DNA of 43,157 nucleotides from Candidatus Limadaptatus stercoravium (GTDB lineage: Bacteria; Bacillota; Clostridia; Christensenellales; CAG-917). The stretch covers positions 1 to 43,157 of the forward strand of contig DVJC01000003.1 of the NCBI GenBank assembly GCA_018710835.1, given 5' to 3'. Position 1 is the stretch's first letter; every line of letters begins with the position of its first letter. The position numbers were made by a program, and so were the translations under genes. Below the pieces are notes generated by a model that ran no database searches, had not been told where the DNA came from, and saw only the letters and a list, made by a program, of their open reading frames with translations. Positions 39,494 through 43,157 of this stretch are shown here, piece after piece.

Positions 39494-40678
39494 TTACTTC
39501 TTCAGGCTCTCGGTGACGTCCACGAGGCGCGCTATCGCGCGTTCGGTCTTTTCCGCGTTGCCGAATGCGGTGAGGCGGAAGTACCCCTCCCCTTTCCTGC
39601 CGAAACCGACGCCGGGGGTGCCCACCACCATCGCCTTTTCAAGCAGCAGATCGAAGTATTCCCACGATGTCATACCCCTCGGGCACTGCATCCATATGTA
39701 CGGGGAATTGACTCCGCCCGTATGCCATATTCCGGCGGACTTCAACGCGTCGTGCATGACGCGCGCGTTGTTCATGTAGTAGTCCACATTCTTGCGGTTT
39801 TCGTACTGCCCCTGTTTGCCGAGCGTCGCCGCCGCCGCGCGCTGAACGACATACGAAGCGCCGTTGAACTTCGTGGTCTGGCGGCGCAGCCACATCTTGT
39901 TGAGCGCGCCGTCCGCAAGCTCGAACGGTACGACGGTATATCCGCAGCGCATGCCCGTGAATCCTGCCGTCTTAGAGAGCGAACAGAACTCTATCGCGCA
40001 TTCTCTCGCGCCCTCGATCTGGAAGATCGACGTAGGAAGGTCGGCGTCGTGCACAAAGGTTTCGTACGCCGCGTCGAAGAAGATCACCGCTCCCGTCGCG
40101 CGGGCGTAATCCACCCATGCTTTCAGTTCGTCACGGGTATAGACCGCGCCCGTGGGATTGTTGGGCGAGCAGATGTATATGATGTCGTACACACCCTTTG
40201 CAGGCGGCATGGGCTTGAACCCGTTGCGCTTGTTGCCCGCGGCGAAACTTACATGGTTGCCCGCCATGACGTTCACGTCGAAATACGCCGGATAGACGGG
40301 ATCGGGCATAAGGACGCGGCTCTTTGCGAAAAGTTCCACCATGTTGCCGAGGTCGCTCTTCGCGCCGTCGCCGACAAATATCTCGTCCTCCTTCACCTCG
40401 ACGCCCTTTTCGGCGTAATAGCGCACGATCGCGTCGCGCAGGAAGTGATAGCCCTGTTCGGGACCGTATCCGTGAAAACTCTCCTCGCGCGACATGTCGT
40501 AGGCGGCGGAGTGCATCTCGCATATGACCGCCGGAGTCAGCGGACGCGTGACGTCGCCTATGCCGAGGCTTATGACGTCCGCACGCGGATTTGCCTCTTT
40601 GTAGGCGCGCACCTTGGTGGCAATGCCGGCAAACAGATAGCTTTCGTTCAGATGGGCGTAATTGAAATTAAGTTTCAT
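39494..40678 (-). CDS. dapL: LL-diaminopimelate aminotransferase
   Basis: 394 aa class I aminotransferase with the DapL-type N-terminus MKLNFNYAHLNESYLFAGIA and PLP lysine context SLSKTAGFTGMRCGY. ATGA overlap with dapF. Confidence 0.9.
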   Translation of the reverse strand: MKLNFNYAHLNESYLFAGIATKVRAYKEANPRADVISLGIGDVTRPLTPAVICEMHSAAYDMSREESFHGYGPEQGYHFLRDAIVRYYAEKGVEVKEDEIFVGDGAKSDLGNMVELFAKSRVLMPDPVYPAYFDVNVMAGNHVSFAAGNKRNGFKPMPPAKGVYDIIYICSPNNPTGAVYTRDELKAWVDYARATGAVIFFDAAYETFVHDADLPTSIFQIEGARECAIEFCSLSKTAGFTGMRCGYTVVPFELADGALNKMWLRRQTTKFNGASYVVQRAAAATLGKQGQYENRKNVDYYMNNARVMHDALKSAGIWHTGGVNSPYIWMQCPRGMTSWEYFDLLLEKAMVVGTPGVGFGRKGEGYFRLTAFGNAEKTERAIARLVDVTESLKK

Positions 40679-41562
40679 ATTCTCACATCTCCCTTAAAGT
40701 TTATTTCCGCGCCGCCCGTCATCTTAACGCCGTCGGCGCCGTACACGATCTTAAGAGTTCCGCCGCGAAGCTCCACGTCCACGGACGCGCCCTCTTTGCA
40801 TATCCCGTTGGCGACCGCCGCCGCCACCGCCGCGCAGCTTCCCGTACCGCACGCCATCGTTTCGCCGCTGCCGCGTTCCCACACGCGCATCCTCAGGCGG
40901 ACGGGGGAAAGCACGTTCACAAATTCCACATTCACCTTGTCGGGAAACAGCGGGTGCGTTTCAAGCGGCTTGCCGCACGCTTCGAGATCCAGCGCGTCCA
41001 CGTCCTCGTCCGTGAAAATGACGAAATGCGGATTGCCCATACTCACCGCCGTACCTTTGCGCTCCATACCGCCGGACACGACGGGAATGTCATTCCACAC
41101 CTTTCCGCACACCGTTTCCGCCGGCGCGTACCCGGCAGGCAGACGGCTTTCGTCCAAAGGTATCTCCTTTGCCGCAAACACCGCGCGCCCCATATCCACT
41201 TCCGCGCCCGTACACACTCCGCCGCTCAGCACGAGCGACAGCGTCTTTATGCCGCTCGCGGTCTCCACGGTCAGCCTCTCTTTCTTTGCATAACCGCTGT
41301 CGTAAGCATACTTCCCCACACAGCGGATAGCGTTGCCGCACATCTTTCCCTCGCTGCCGTCGAGGTTGAACATTCTCATCCTCACGTCCGCGACGGCGCT
41401 CGGCATGACGAACACCACTCCGTCGCCGCCCACGCCGAAGTGGCGGTCGCTGATGCGCGGTATCGCGCGGATCAGCTCTTCTTCACGCGCAAGCGCGTCC
41501 TCTTTCGTCAAGTCGAAGTAGACATAATCGTTGCCCGCTCCGTTCATTTTCACAAATTCCAT
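40675..41562 (-). CDS. dapF: Diaminopimelate epimerase
   Basis: MEFVKMNGAGNDYVYFD, catalytic Cys contexts GKMCGNAIRC and MACGTGSCAA. AAGGAG SD before the ATG at 41562. Confidence 0.9.
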   Translation of the reverse strand: MEFVKMNGAGNDYVYFDLTKEDALAREEELIRAIPRISDRHFGVGGDGVVFVMPSAVADVRMRMFNLDGSEGKMCGNAIRCVGKYAYDSGYAKKERLTVETASGIKTLSLVLSGGVCTGAEVDMGRAVFAAKEIPLDESRLPAGYAPAETVCGKVWNDIPVVSGGMERKGTAVSMGNPHFVIFTDEDVDALDLEACGKPLETHPLFPDKVNVEFVNVLSPVRLRMRVWERGSGETMACGTGSCAAVAAAVANGICKEGASVDVELRGGTLKIVYGADGVKMTGGAEINFKGDVRI

Positions 41563-41572
41563 ATCAACTCCT

Positions 41573-43153
41573 TTATATACCGCTTGCACCGTAGTTGGAA
41601 AGTACGCGCGCGGAGGGATCGTTGACGCCGCGGAGACCTTCCCATTCGCGGTTGGGCATCCAGAAGTCCGTTATGCTCGCCGCGGTGCGGGGGTAGTATT
41701 TCTCGAAAAGTTCGCGGTAGAGCAAACTTTCCTTGGTGAAGGGACGGGCATGGGAGTAGAGATTCCTCTTCCGCTCGAACTCCGCGTCGGTGTAAAGGCT
41801 CTCCGCGTACTCTTTGAGTATGCCCACCATGGAGTGTCCCACCGCGTCCGAGAACGCCGCCTTTTCACGGTAGAGAATATCGTGCGGCAGCAGATCTCCT
41901 TCAAACGCCTTGCGCAGCAGATATTTGCCCTTGCCATACACGTTCATCTTGAGGCGCGGATCTACGCTCATGACGTACTTCACGAAGTCCAGATCGCCGA
42001 AAGGCACGCGCGCCTCCATTCCGTGCACGGAAATGCATCTGTCCGCGCGGAGCACGTCGTACATGTAGAGTTCGCGCACGCGCTTCTGCGCTTCCTGCTG
42101 GAAGGCCTCGGGAGTCGGCGCGAAATCGGTGTACTTGTAGCCGAACAGCTCGTCCGATATCTCCCCCGTCATCAGCACCTTGATGTCGGTGTTGGCGCGG
42201 ATGTACTTGCAAACGAGGTACATGCCCATGCTGGCGCGTACGGTCGTGATGTCGAAAGTGCCGAGCGCGGCGACCACCTCTTCGAGAGAGGACAGCACGG
42301 TTTCACGGTCTATAACGACCTCGGTGTGCTGTGCTCCGATATAGTCCGCGACCTGTTTTGCATACTTCAGGTCTATCGCGTCCGTGCTCATGCCGATTGC
42401 AAACGTGCGGATCGGCTTGCCGAGAAGTCTTGCGGACACCGCGCACACCAGACTGCTGTCCAGTCCGCCTGAGAGCAGGAAGCCGAGCGGCGCGTCCGCG
42501 TCAAGACGCTTTTCTATCCCCTTAACGAGTTTTTCTTTGATCTTCGCCGTCACCGCGTCCAAGCCGTCCGCGCTCACCTCGGCGACCGCGCCGGGATCGG
42601 CGTATCTGACAAACTCCCCGTCCGCATAATAGCACCCGGGAGGAAACGCCCTGACCTCGTCGGCGATGTCCGTGAGGTTCTTCGCCTCGGAGGCAAAGAC
42701 GATGCGTCCGCTCTCCGAATAGCCGTAAAAGAGAGGACGTATGCCTATCGGATCGCGCGCGGCGACGAAACTCTTCCGCTCCGCGTCATATATCACCATG
42801 GCGAACTCCGCGTCGAGCTTTGCGAACATACCTACCCCGTATTCCTTATAAAGCGGAAGAATGATCTCGCAGTCGCTGTCGCTTGCGAAAGTATATTTCT
42901 TTTCGAGTTCACGCTTCACGGGGCGGAAACCGTACAGTTCGCCGTTGCACACCGCGCAGTTGCCGTCCAGAAAGAACGGCTGCATGCCCTCCTCTGTGAG
43001 CCCCATTATCGACAGCCGCTGAAAGCCCACTATCCCGCCGCCGAAACGGACTATGCGCTGCATATCCGGTCCGCGCGAAGCGGTCTTTTCAAACGCTTTG
43101 CCGAAAGTATCGTCGGACATGTCCTGTCCCGTATAAACCATTATCGTACACAT
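41573..43153 (-). CDS. asnB: Asparagine synthase family glutamine-dependent amidotransferase (AsnB-type)
   Basis: N-terminal Met-Cys nucleophile (MCTIMVY), PP-loop FLLSGGLDSSLV. 526 aa. Stop 10 nt upstream of dapF. Confidence 0.85.
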   Translation of the reverse strand: MCTIMVYTGQDMSDDTFGKAFEKTASRGPDMQRIVRFGGGIVGFQRLSIMGLTEEGMQPFFLDGNCAVCNGELYGFRPVKRELEKKYTFASDSDCEIILPLYKEYGVGMFAKLDAEFAMVIYDAERKSFVAARDPIGIRPLFYGYSESGRIVFASEAKNLTDIADEVRAFPPGCYYADGEFVRYADPGAVAEVSADGLDAVTAKIKEKLVKGIEKRLDADAPLGFLLSGGLDSSLVCAVSARLLGKPIRTFAIGMSTDAIDLKYAKQVADYIGAQHTEVVIDRETVLSSLEEVVAALGTFDITTVRASMGMYLVCKYIRANTDIKVLMTGEISDELFGYKYTDFAPTPEAFQQEAQKRVRELYMYDVLRADRCISVHGMEARVPFGDLDFVKYVMSVDPRLKMNVYGKGKYLLRKAFEGDLLPHDILYREKAAFSDAVGHSMVGILKEYAESLYTDAEFERKRNLYSHARPFTKESLLYRELFEKYYPRTAASITDFWMPNREWEGLRGVNDPSARVLSNYGASGI

Positions 43154-43157
43154 TTTT

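Noticed and set aside
39464-41293. 609-aa plus-strand ORF antisense to dapL/dapF, and the 422-aa minus ORF 38219-39487 antisense to the SufBD-like gene
   Set aside because: Antisense artefacts. The 38219-39487 ORF would also have to run through two terminators and the structured spacer.

Overview
GC-rich (by eye) chromosomal segment. Its gene order looks like a Firmicutes/Clostridia-type genome; that taxonomic guess is inference from synteny only. Almost all of it is housekeeping.

Gene content, in order:
- lacZ-type GH2 beta-galactosidase (minus).
- Macromolecular-synthesis cluster dnaG-sigA-trmK-nif3-zinc-ribbon (minus).
- DtxR/MntR-like repressor and a SAM methyltransferase.
- dnaX-ybaB-recR (minus).
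- A membrane-anchored hypothetical protein, then dCMP deaminase.
- CIRCE-controlled groES-groEL (plus).
- XRE-cupin regulator with potABCD (plus).
- folC-folE-folP-folBK operon (minus), preceded by what I read as a THF-I riboswitch.
- Two uncharacterised polytopic membrane proteins.
- ABC ATPase, duplicated ABC-2 permease and a 1052-aa anchored Ig-like/beta-helix protein, joined by start/stop overlaps (minus).
- Divergent from that, an FHA-FHA-ABC ATPase with an AT-hook tail, a split ABC-2 permease, and a two-gene SufC/SufBD-like pair (plus).
- asnB-dapF-dapL (minus).

I saw no rRNA, tRNA, CRISPR array, transposase or integrase.

The least ordinary parts:
- The divergent pair of ABC systems at about 28.6-37.5 kb.
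- A heavily structured convergent intergenic region at 39.2-39.5 kb.
- A probably leaderless dnaX.
- Architectural oddities in PotA (duplicated TOBE module) and PotD (lipobox plus a C-terminal TM anchor).

The many long ORFs antisense to real genes are treated as GC-rich artefacts. The ORF track counts GTG/TTG as M, so several gene starts were trimmed using SD sequences, start/stop overlaps and conserved N-termini.
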